Shown here piece by piece: positions 18,530 through 26,406 of a stretch of 32,792 nt of DNA. The DNA is taken from NCBI GenBank assembly GCA_027025395.1, contig JALVQQ010000191.1:1-32792 (forward strand), given 5' to 3'. The position numbers were made by a program, and so were the translations under genes. The notes beneath the pieces are model-generated. The model worked only from the letters and a program-made list of their open reading frames with translations, was not told the origin of the DNA and searched no databases. Source of the DNA: Deltaproteobacteria bacterium (GTDB taxonomy: Bacteria > Desulfobacterota > Dissulfuribacteria > Dissulfuribacterales > QOAL01). Each line of letters begins with the position of its first letter. Position 1 is the stretch's first letter.

Positions 18530-18537
18530 GCCAGCCA

Positions 18538-19161
18538 ATGATGAAAGTAGCAGACAAACACGATAAAATCGTACGCGCCGCAATACGGGTTTTTGCAAGA
18601 AACGGTTTCTTCAACTCGAGAATTTCAGAAATCGCCAAGGAAGCCAATGTGGCTGACGGCACCATCTACTTATATTTCAACAACAAATACGATATCCTCA
18701 TCACCATCTTTGAAGAGGAGATGGGCAAAATCATTGCCAATGTCAAGCGAGAAATGGCTTCACTTTCAGACCCGTGCGAAAAACTGCACTGTTTCGCCCG
18801 GATGCACCTGGCATTAATGGAAGAAAAAAGGGAGCTGGCGGAAGTAATTCAGGTGGAGCTGCGCCAGAGCTCCAAGTTCATAAAGGACTACCACAACAAG
18901 AAATTTGTGGAGTACACCAATATTATTGAGTCCATACTGAAAGATGGCCAGGAACGGGGGATTTTCCGCAAAGAAATAATTCCGGAAATTTTCAAGCGGG
19001 CATTTTTCGGAGCGCTTGATGAAATGTCACGCTTCTGGGTGCTGTCCTCCCAGAAAAAATTCGGCGTAAAGACGGCGGCGCGCCAGATTACAAACCTTTT
19101 CCTCCAGGGCAGCCTTACGGACAAGGGCCGCCAGCACCGGTCCTGCTGCCATATCACCTGA
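18538..19161 (+). CDS. TetR family transcriptional regulator, Bacillus FadR (YsiA)-like
   Basis: HTH ISEIAKEANVADGTIYLYFNNK; C-terminal domain VIQVELRQS and FFGALDE as in YsiA/FadR. Start ATG 18538 or 18541 (TTG 18481 lies within the promoter). Confidence 0.9.
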   Translation: MMKVADKHDKIVRAAIRVFARNGFFNSRISEIAKEANVADGTIYLYFNNKYDILITIFEEEMGKIIANVKREMASLSDPCEKLHCFARMHLALMEEKRELAEVIQVELRQSSKFIKDYHNKKFVEYTNIIESILKDGQERGIFRKEIIPEIFKRAFFGALDEMSRFWVLSSQKKFGVKTAARQITNLFLQGSLTDKGRQHRSCCHIT

Positions 19162-19178
19162 CATAATCACATCTTGCC

Positions 19179-20081
19179 GTGCAACTGCCTGAACCACTGA
19201 ACCGCTACCAGGATATTATTCCAGGGCTGCAGGAATTCGCGGATTCACTTGCCTCTCCCCTCAAACCCTTTGTAAGGCTGAATACTCTGAAGGCACCGGA
19301 GGCCGCCATATTGCACCGGCTGCGGGGTGAAGGTTCCCGGCTAAAGAAAACAGCGATCCGCTGGCTATACAGCATTGAACAAGAGCAACGGCTTCGCTCT
19401 GGCACATGCTACCAGCTTGGCTACACCTATCCCCAGGCCATCACCTCTGCACTGCCGGTGCTAGCGCTTGACATCAGGCCAGGACAGTCCGTGCTGGATT
19501 TATGCGCTGCCCCGGGAGGAAAGACCACGCACATGGCTCAGATCATGGGCGACACAGGCATAGTGGTTGCCAATGACAGAAAACATGGCAGGATTACAGC
19601 CCTTATGGCCAACCTCAAGCGTCTTGGCATCACCAATACAGTAGTGACCAACTGCCGCGGAGAATTCCTGGCAACAGGCATGCTGTTCAACCGCGTCCTG
19701 GTGGATGCCCCGTGCTCGGGCGAAGGCCGCTACAGACTTGACAAAAACGGCCGGCTCACCCACATGAAAGCCGGAGCCACCGACCTTCCCGCAATACAGA
19801 AGGGCCTTGTGCAAAAGGGCTACGACCTGCTGGCGCCAGGTGGAATCATGGTGTATTCAACCTGCACCATCAACCCGGACGAAAACGAGGCCGTGATCAA
19901 CCACCTGCTCAGGAAAAGAGGGGCTGTGCTTGAGCCGTGGCAGCCTCCCCTGGCATGGCACAGGGGCGTTACAGACTGGAATGGAGTGGAATATGACAAA
20001 AACCTCCGCTTTTGCAGAAGGTTCTACGCGCACGAAACAGGATCAGTGGGATTCTTCCTGGCCCGCATTCGCAAGCTCTGA
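19179..20081 (+). CDS. RsmB/RsmF/NOP2-family RNA m5C methyltransferase
   Basis: VLDLCAAPGGKT, VLVDAPCSGEG, VYSTCTINPDENEAV and GFFLARIRK motifs. Confidence 0.93.
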   Translation: MQLPEPLNRYQDIIPGLQEFADSLASPLKPFVRLNTLKAPEAAILHRLRGEGSRLKKTAIRWLYSIEQEQRLRSGTCYQLGYTYPQAITSALPVLALDIRPGQSVLDLCAAPGGKTTHMAQIMGDTGIVVANDRKHGRITALMANLKRLGITNTVVTNCRGEFLATGMLFNRVLVDAPCSGEGRYRLDKNGRLTHMKAGATDLPAIQKGLVQKGYDLLAPGGIMVYSTCTINPDENEAVINHLLRKRGAVLEPWQPPLAWHRGVTDWNGVEYDKNLRFCRRFYAHETGSVGFFLARIRKL

Positions 20082-20553
20082 TTCCAGGGCGTCTGTACTT
20101 GAATTCTGGGAAAGGCGTTTCGGTGTGCCACCAGCCGTTTTTGCCCCCTATGAGCTGGCATCTTCCTCACGGGTCACATACCTTGTAAGAAGGAGCCCGT
20201 TTCTTTCCGGCCTGGCCTCAATGCGCATCACCCGCGCTGGCCTGCCGTTCATGAGAAACGCGGGGATTCACAGGAAACCGACCACCGAGGCCGCGCAGCG
20301 TTTCGGCCATCTTGCCACGCGCAACGTTGTCAGGCTTGCCCTGCCTGACCTGTTTCAACTCTGCCTGCAAAACGAAATAGCACTTGAAATTGACACCGAT
20401 CCGGGTTTTGTTTTCCTTATGGACATGAACCGTTCCGTCTGGGGATGCGGCCTCTATCTGCAGCCTGGCAGGCTTCTGAACAGGCTCCCCAAACGCATGG
20501 TGCAGGAGCTTGCCCAAAACAGGCGCAACCCTGACATTGCATCGCAACCCTAA
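19993..20553 (+). CDS. RsmF C-terminal/PUA-like partner protein
   Basis: EFWERRFG...GLPFMR...KPTTEAAQRFGHLATRNVV...WGCGLY...LLNRLPK pattern of the small proteins that follow NOL1/NOP2 genes. Start uncertain: nearest ATG is 19993, with GGAG 6 nt upstream. Confidence 0.65.
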   Translation: MTKTSAFAEGSTRTKQDQWDSSWPAFASSDSRASVLEFWERRFGVPPAVFAPYELASSSRVTYLVRRSPFLSGLASMRITRAGLPFMRNAGIHRKPTTEAAQRFGHLATRNVVRLALPDLFQLCLQNEIALEIDTDPGFVFLMDMNRSVWGCGLYLQPGRLLNRLPKRMVQELAQNRRNPDIASQP

Positions 20554-20763
20554 TGTTGCATTTTTACCCTCAAGGGCAGCATCCCGGCTCACTGGCGCGC
20601 GGTTTCCAGCAGATCCGGGATGATGGGCCGAAAAGCTTCACATGCCGGCCTGGACGGGAGACGACATGACTGCTTCCCTCAACAGGCGATTTTCCATCGC
20701 CATCCGGGCAGCGGTTGTTACGGTTGTTAATGAACAGGCAAATTCGTGTCAAACAGGGACTCA

Positions 20764-21801
20764 ATGCAGACACTTTTCAAGAATCTTTCGGCGCTCATTG
20801 CCACCGCCGTCGTCTCTGTCTCCGCGCCCGGTTTTGCCCTGGACGTAATCCTGCTCAAAAACGGCGACCGGCTTTCAGGCAGCATTAAATCAATGGACCC
20901 CCACTCCGTTATCATCAATCTCAAATATGCAGGGGAAGTAAACATTGCGCGGGACGCAATAGACCAGCTGAAAACCGGACAGCCTCACAGGGTAATGCTC
21001 AGGGACAAGACCTTGACCTTTGGCGATATCGAAAAACAGTCCGATGACACAACCATAGTTCATGACTCTGTCACCGGAACAGAAAAGATTTGCTCCTTTA
21101 CTGAAATGGCCTATATCAACCCCCCTCCTCACATTTCCGGCGAAGGAAGTATTTTCACAGGAGAGATAAACCTGGGAGGGGAATGGAAGGAGGGCAATAC
21201 CGTTTCCACCAAGCTCAGGCTGGACTTCAATACACAGTATGACAGGGGCATCAGGCGCTGGCTTTTCAACGGCAATACCCAGTGGGAAAGCAAAAACCGT
21301 GACAAGACAGAAGACAACTGGTTCATCCAGGGCAGGTATAACAGGCTGTTTGCGGAAAAATGGTATGTGCTCGGGAACATGTCCCTTGAGTACGACGAAT
21401 TCAAGGGGCTCAACCTCAGGTCAGTAACCGGCGGCGGGGCAGGATACAGGTTTTTTGATGACCCGCACGACAAACTGTCCATTGAGGCAGGCCCCAACTT
21501 TGTATATGAAGACTATCAGGATGAACCAAGGCATATCAACATCTCCTTCCGGGAGAGTTTGACTTTCGAGTACCCCCTGTTTCGCAGCCGCATCCTTTTT
21601 TATCATCATCACTCCCTGCTCCAGGGGCTGAACGACACCGACACCCTGTCTGTAAAAACCAGCACGGGCATCAAGATCCCGCTTGGATTGCTGGGCATAA
21701 GCACATCCCTGCAACTTGACTGGGACTGGGACAAAAAACCCACTTCCGGACGCAAGAACTCCGACACCACGTTCACCCTCAAGGGAGGCTACGACTGGTA
21801 A
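20764..21801 (+). CDS. DUF481/YdiY-family outer-membrane beta-barrel protein
   Basis: Signal peptide (GFA-LD), DVILLKNGDRLSG N-domain, beta-strand repeats, GGGAGYRF and C-terminal GGYDW. Confidence 0.82.
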   Translation: MQTLFKNLSALIATAVVSVSAPGFALDVILLKNGDRLSGSIKSMDPHSVIINLKYAGEVNIARDAIDQLKTGQPHRVMLRDKTLTFGDIEKQSDDTTIVHDSVTGTEKICSFTEMAYINPPPHISGEGSIFTGEINLGGEWKEGNTVSTKLRLDFNTQYDRGIRRWLFNGNTQWESKNRDKTEDNWFIQGRYNRLFAEKWYVLGNMSLEYDEFKGLNLRSVTGGGAGYRFFDDPHDKLSIEAGPNFVYEDYQDEPRHINISFRESLTFEYPLFRSRILFYHHHSLLQGLNDTDTLSVKTSTGIKIPLGLLGISTSLQLDWDWDKKPTSGRKNSDTTFTLKGGYDW

Positions 21802-21823
21802 CTATATGAATGGTAACTATTAT

Positions 21824-21839
21824 TGGCACGTAAAATGCA
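21824..21839 (+). promoter_or_regulatory. Sigma54 (-24/-12) promoter
   Basis: TGGCACG-TAAA-ATGCA matches TGGCACG-N4-TTGCW with correct GG-N10-GC spacing, upstream of the porin gene. Confidence 0.82.
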
Positions 21840-21976
21840 GTTTTTCTCACGCTACCCATAATCAAGCTAAGGAGGTGATGCCTTAGAACCATAATGCTGT
21901 GTTTAACCAGGGCGTTCATGCGATTTATGATGCCCAGAGGGGATTAATATTTTTCATTTTCAATCAAGGAGGGTAT

Positions 21977-23584
21977 ATGAACCATTCAAAGAGAAACATT
22001 TTGGTTGCTGCCTTTTTTATTATGGCTGCTTTCACCCTGCCTGCATTTGCCGGAGGAGTCGCTCCTGACCAGGAACTTGCCGATCTCAAGGCACAGATGA
22101 AGGTAATGATGGAACGCATCAGGCAGCTTGAGGCACAGCAGGGGCAGAGCTCCTCCGCCGAGGTGCAGGAGCTTCAGAAGAAAGTCGACGAGCTCGAGGC
22201 ATACAAAAAGGAAGCAAGCCAGACCAAGGCGTACTGGAAAAACGGGTTCCGTATAGAATACAAGCCCAACGACAGTGAAAACGAGTACAAGATGCGCATC
22301 CGCGCCGGCATCCAGTTCCGTTACACTTATGTCAACACGGACAACGATGTGCGCGCCAACAGGGAAAATTACAGCTCTCTCATAGCAAGGAGGCTGCGCC
22401 TCTTTGTTGACGGCACGGCCCCCAACAAGGACTGGAAGTATTTCATGCACATTCAGCTTGAGCCGAAATCAAAGGTTAATACCCATGACGCGTTCATACA
22501 GTGGCAGAAGTACAAATATGCCAGGGTACAGTTTGGCCGCATGAAAATCCCCTACAGCATGGAATACTGGCAGAGCGGATTCGGGCAGAATGGCGCTGAC
22601 CGTACCATCTTTACCGGAGACTCGGAAGCCGACAAGGATGTATTCGGCACCAAGGTTTATGACATTCCCGGCGGCAACGCCCGCCTGCGTGTTGGTGGAC
22701 ATCGCAACAAAAACGGCTTCCCGACCGGCGGCATGTTGCTCTACCGCTCCCAGGGCGTCAATGTAAACGGCGTTGTTGACATGTTCGGCATGAAGCAGTT
22801 CCTTGCATACTGGGTCGGCATCTATAATGGACGTGACACCCAGGGCGCCACCAACGCCAATTCCGACATGCTCTATGTGGGAAGGCTGGGTATCAATTTC
22901 CTGCCAGGCTCTGATCCTAAAGGGCCGCTGGGCCCCAAGGGGCTGAAAAACTACTTTGCCCAGGGTGACTATGGTTACAACACAAAGCCACTGGCTTCTT
23001 TTGTAACCGCCACCTTTTATAACAGGGGCACGGTAGATGCAGCCTACAGCAGCTTGGGCAAACTCACCAAAAACAGGGAACATGATACGGACAACTACGG
23101 TTTCAACGGCTGTTTCCTCTTCAGGTACATGGGTTTCTCCGCGGACCTGGAGGCTGGCTGGGAAGAGTTTGAACAGAAGAGCGCCACTAACGTCAACAAG
23201 GCCTACTGGGACCGCTGGGGAGCCCGCGCAAACCTCGGCTACTTTATTGTACCGAGAAAGTGGGAAGTCACCTTCAAGTTTGCACACATGAATCGTCTTG
23301 ATAACGCAAACCTGGAGAACTCTCTGGCAAGTGGACTGGGGCTGGTAGAGCTTGATGACGGATATGCGGTTGAAAAAGACATGCAGCAGTACAGACTAGG
23401 GATCAACTGGTATCTTCATGGTTTCAACCAGTACATCAGTGCTGAAGTTGGCCTGTTCCACAGGAACTTTGACAAAATCAGCGCCTCTGAAGCAGCAGCC
23501 GTTGGATTCACCGGCGCCCTCTCCGATGCCAAGGACAGCCAGGATGATGTCCGCTTCAGGATTCAGTACCAGCACTTCTTCTAA
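21977..23584 (+). CDS. OprO/OprP-like (anion-selective) outer-membrane porin with N-terminal coiled coil
   Basis: SD AAGGAGG; signal peptide (PAFA), coiled coil, AYWKNGFRI, RRLRLFVDG, QFGRMKIPYSME, LGINWYL and C-terminal QYQHFF. Confidence 0.82.
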   Translation: MNHSKRNILVAAFFIMAAFTLPAFAGGVAPDQELADLKAQMKVMMERIRQLEAQQGQSSSAEVQELQKKVDELEAYKKEASQTKAYWKNGFRIEYKPNDSENEYKMRIRAGIQFRYTYVNTDNDVRANRENYSSLIARRLRLFVDGTAPNKDWKYFMHIQLEPKSKVNTHDAFIQWQKYKYARVQFGRMKIPYSMEYWQSGFGQNGADRTIFTGDSEADKDVFGTKVYDIPGGNARLRVGGHRNKNGFPTGGMLLYRSQGVNVNGVVDMFGMKQFLAYWVGIYNGRDTQGATNANSDMLYVGRLGINFLPGSDPKGPLGPKGLKNYFAQGDYGYNTKPLASFVTATFYNRGTVDAAYSSLGKLTKNREHDTDNYGFNGCFLFRYMGFSADLEAGWEEFEQKSATNVNKAYWDRWGARANLGYFIVPRKWEVTFKFAHMNRLDNANLENSLASGLGLVELDDGYAVEKDMQQYRLGINWYLHGFNQYISAEVGLFHRNFDKISASEAAAVGFTGALSDAKDSQDDVRFRIQYQHFF

Positions 23585-23622
23585 GGCATAACACCGCAGA
23601 TTATGGCGGATTTATCAAACCA

Positions 23623-23648
23623 GGGGGGCCTTGAAAGGCCCCCTTTTT
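23623..23648 (+). terminator. Rho-independent terminator after the porin
   Basis: GGGGGCCT-TGAA-AGGCCCCC followed by TTTTT. Confidence 0.88.
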
Positions 23649-23677
23649 CATGACGGCCAGTAAGGCGGGCAAATAGT

Positions 23678-24463
23678 CTATTCCTGCCCGCACGCCTTTT
23701 CCGTCATGCGCTCTGCTGCAAAAATGAGAGATTCAATGTCGAGAAATTCCAGGGCATTCCTGTCAAAAAGCACCTTTACACCGGCAGGAAACCCGTCATC
23801 TTCATCAGCATCCCAGAAATGGACCTGCACAGGCACCCTGGGCAGCACCGGAACCACGGCACAGAAATCGGCATGGCACTCATCCACCTTTCTTGCCCCC
23901 ATTCGGACCAGCACCCTTTCAAGCTCCCTTCCACGCCCCTGAAACTCACGTGCAAGCCTGTCCTCCGTGTACCTTTTGAGAGTTACAACCTTTGATATGG
24001 AGTTCGGGAAGGATTCGAGGCCTACCCAGTCTCCAGCGAGCCGCCCCGCTCCGCCAAAAAACAGGTAGTTATAGAGAAGAATCTGGTCTCTCGGGTCAAG
24101 CTCCCCCCCTGCTGAAGAGACCACGCTTTCGGATGAAATAAACACTGTCTCCCCAAGATACAACAGCCTTAGCATCTGTCTGCCATTCTCCTCCACAACC
24201 GTTCCGCCAAGCCCGGGGCCGCATTCCGCAAGGTCAACCGTGCTCACCTTTTTTTTAAGCGTTCTCAACAGCACAGTGTCAGGATCATGCACACGCTGGA
24301 TATCTCCCCCGCCTTCATTATCACCATCACGCTGAAGATATGGACAGGCGGACGGATCCGCACCGGCCGAAACCACGGCAACCGCAAAGGCCATGCAGGC
24401 AGGATAGCCACACTCACCGCAGTTGCTCCTCGGTGTCTTCTTAACTATGTCAAGCGCATTCAT
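23678..24463 (-). CDS. DUF3786 domain protein with N-terminal 4Fe-4S (CdhE/RnfB-type FeS) domain
   Basis: PRSNCGECGYPACMAFA...CPY at the N-terminus; QILLYNYL, VLPRVPVQVHFWDADEDDGFPA and LFDRNALEFLDIE typical of DUF3786. Start overlaps the upstream stop (ATGA). Confidence 0.82.
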   Translation of the reverse strand: MNALDIVKKTPRSNCGECGYPACMAFAVAVVSAGADPSACPYLQRDGDNEGGGDIQRVHDPDTVLLRTLKKKVSTVDLAECGPGLGGTVVEENGRQMLRLLYLGETVFISSESVVSSAGGELDPRDQILLYNYLFFGGAGRLAGDWVGLESFPNSISKVVTLKRYTEDRLAREFQGRGRELERVLVRMGARKVDECHADFCAVVPVLPRVPVQVHFWDADEDDGFPAGVKVLFDRNALEFLDIESLIFAAERMTEKACGQE

Positions 24464-26406
24464 GGATCAACTCTCCAGGCAGGCCGGTTATCACCCGCCT
24501 CCTCACCACAAAACATTACTCTCCCCTGCCCTGGCCCGACAAGCCGCCTCAGGGCCGACCGGAACCTTTCATACTCATCACCATGCCGCAACATGCCGCG
24601 TCTCAAAGAAAGCTCTCTAATGTAATAGACACCGCGTCCGTCCCTTGCGGCCATTACCTTCCAGGCAAAAGGGCCAGCATGCCCGCTGAGGCCAGCAGGC
24701 ATATACTCCACTCTTGCACCGGCGGGAAGCAGGAGCCTGAACACCAGCATCTCCCTGGCATATCCGGGAAACCAGACGGGATTTTTCCTGTCAGCCCCAA
24801 GCCGCCCCAATGTCTGCAGCATTGACGCCTCGGGCACAGGGAAGAAAGAACATCCCCCCGAGGCTGGCAACGGATCAGGTATCCTGAAATCCACCCGAAT
24901 GGTAACCGGCTGCATCAAATCATCGAGATTCATGAACTCGACCTGACCCTGGGCCAAGGGATCAACCGAATGCATCACCATGGACCTTGCCACATCCAGT
25001 TCAGGGCCGGAAAGATACCTGAACCCCCGGCGGGCATCAGCGGCCTTATAACCGGAGCTCAGTGATACTATCCGTCCGGACGTAACGCCGTCGGCATCAT
25101 AGGACACATCCACGGTGGTTATATCCATCTCCTGCCAGACATCATGAACGGGCTCCAGGGAGGCATCATCAAGGAATAAGGCCGTGTGTCCCTCAAGCCC
25201 GGTGACACCAGGTGAAAGCTCCTTGCGGTTGAAACGGTACCATTTGCCACCCGCCTTGACGGCGACCGCGCTGAAAAAATCCGGCATGAACGGCAAGGGC
25301 ACCTCTGATATGCTTACGTTGCCTGTAACCACCGCGATACGCGAATCTGTCCCGCCAACCCTTAGCAGCTCGTGAAACAGCCATGCCAGGTGAAAGGGCG
25401 TTCCATAACCACGGGAAAGCGTGGCCTCCGGACCCTGGGGCCGGAGATCGGTATCGAGAATATCAATGACATAAGGCGCAAAGAGTGACATCAACTCTGT
25501 ATAAAGAGAATCAGCATCACTGGCCGAACGAAAAATTGCGGGGAGCGCATCAAGCTCATATCCCGGTTCACGCCAAGGAACTATTGCGTTAAAAAAACCG
25601 GCCACCCGGGAATATGAAGAAAGCGTTGTGACCAGCAGCACAGGGCTCATGTGAATTGCTGGAGGGGAATACGGCTCGTCAACCGCCCTTGGCAGTTTCC
25701 CGGCGCGCCATACATACTCCTTCCACTCCCGGCCAGCACCCTGGTGAACTGTAATTCTTCTGTCATTTGCAACCCAGAAGAGGGGCATGGCCTTCGGCGC
25801 CCTTATACTGACGACCTTCTCCCTGGTGGGATTGGTAAGCGCGAAAAACTCCCTTGTCCAGAAGGCACTCATGCCGGGGCGTTGTGAATGCAGCGTGAAA
25901 CTCAACTCCACGGTGGCTCCAGGCTCCACCGACGGAAAACTGACCACCCGCAACCGTGCGGCCGAATATATGGAGGCCCCGGAAGTTGACGGGTCCTGTA
26001 TGTCGTTTATCTCGTCTTCACGCACGGCCACATGCGTGCCGTCCGCAAGGATTGTGCGAGTATGACGGAGATCTATGTCCAGACTCTCCCATGCGCTGTT
26101 GTAGGGAATCCGCACATCGCCATTACGTTTCTTGCCCCTGTATGTGAGTATCCTGGTCCGCATCAGGAGATGATAATCGTACGACCCGTCAGCATATAAC
26201 CGGTACTCTTTTTTAACCAGCAGGTTTACCGCATCAGCATCCGCATCATAGGAGTCGGCGTGGCAAGGCTCCAGCCTGGCGGCCGCGCCCGGCGCAACCG
26301 CGGCTCCCGAAACCAGGAAGGCAAGCAGGAATATCAAGGGCAGCCAGGCACGCCCCGGTTCATGCGCCCTGGAACTGTCCGTATCGCCACGGAATATTAC
26401 GCTCAT
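24460..26406 (-). CDS. Secreted DUF3857 protein with degenerate transglutaminase-like domain
   Basis: Signal peptide; DUF3857-like N-terminus (FPSVEPGATVE). The catalytic region reads GYGTPFHLA, without Cys. ATGA overlap with the upstream paralogue. Confidence 0.75.
   Translation of the reverse strand: MSVIFRGDTDSSRAHEPGRAWLPLIFLLAFLVSGAAVAPGAAARLEPCHADSYDADADAVNLLVKKEYRLYADGSYDYHLLMRTRILTYRGKKRNGDVRIPYNSAWESLDIDLRHTRTILADGTHVAVREDEINDIQDPSTSGASIYSAARLRVVSFPSVEPGATVELSFTLHSQRPGMSAFWTREFFALTNPTREKVVSIRAPKAMPLFWVANDRRITVHQGAGREWKEYVWRAGKLPRAVDEPYSPPAIHMSPVLLVTTLSSYSRVAGFFNAIVPWREPGYELDALPAIFRSASDADSLYTELMSLFAPYVIDILDTDLRPQGPEATLSRGYGTPFHLAWLFHELLRVGGTDSRIAVVTGNVSISEVPLPFMPDFFSAVAVKAGGKWYRFNRKELSPGVTGLEGHTALFLDDASLEPVHDVWQEMDITTVDVSYDADGVTSGRIVSLSSGYKAADARRGFRYLSGPELDVARSMVMHSVDPLAQGQVEFMNLDDLMQPVTIRVDFRIPDPLPASGGCSFFPVPEASMLQTLGRLGADRKNPVWFPGYAREMLVFRLLLPAGARVEYMPAGLSGHAGPFAWKVMAARDGRGVYYIRELSLRRGMLRHGDEYERFRSALRRLVGPGQGRVMFCGEEAGDNRPAWRVDP

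Noticed and set aside
20073-20085. prfB-like +1 frameshift site CTC TGA T
   Set aside because: Not CTT TGA C and no internal SD just upstream; insufficient support for programmed recoding.
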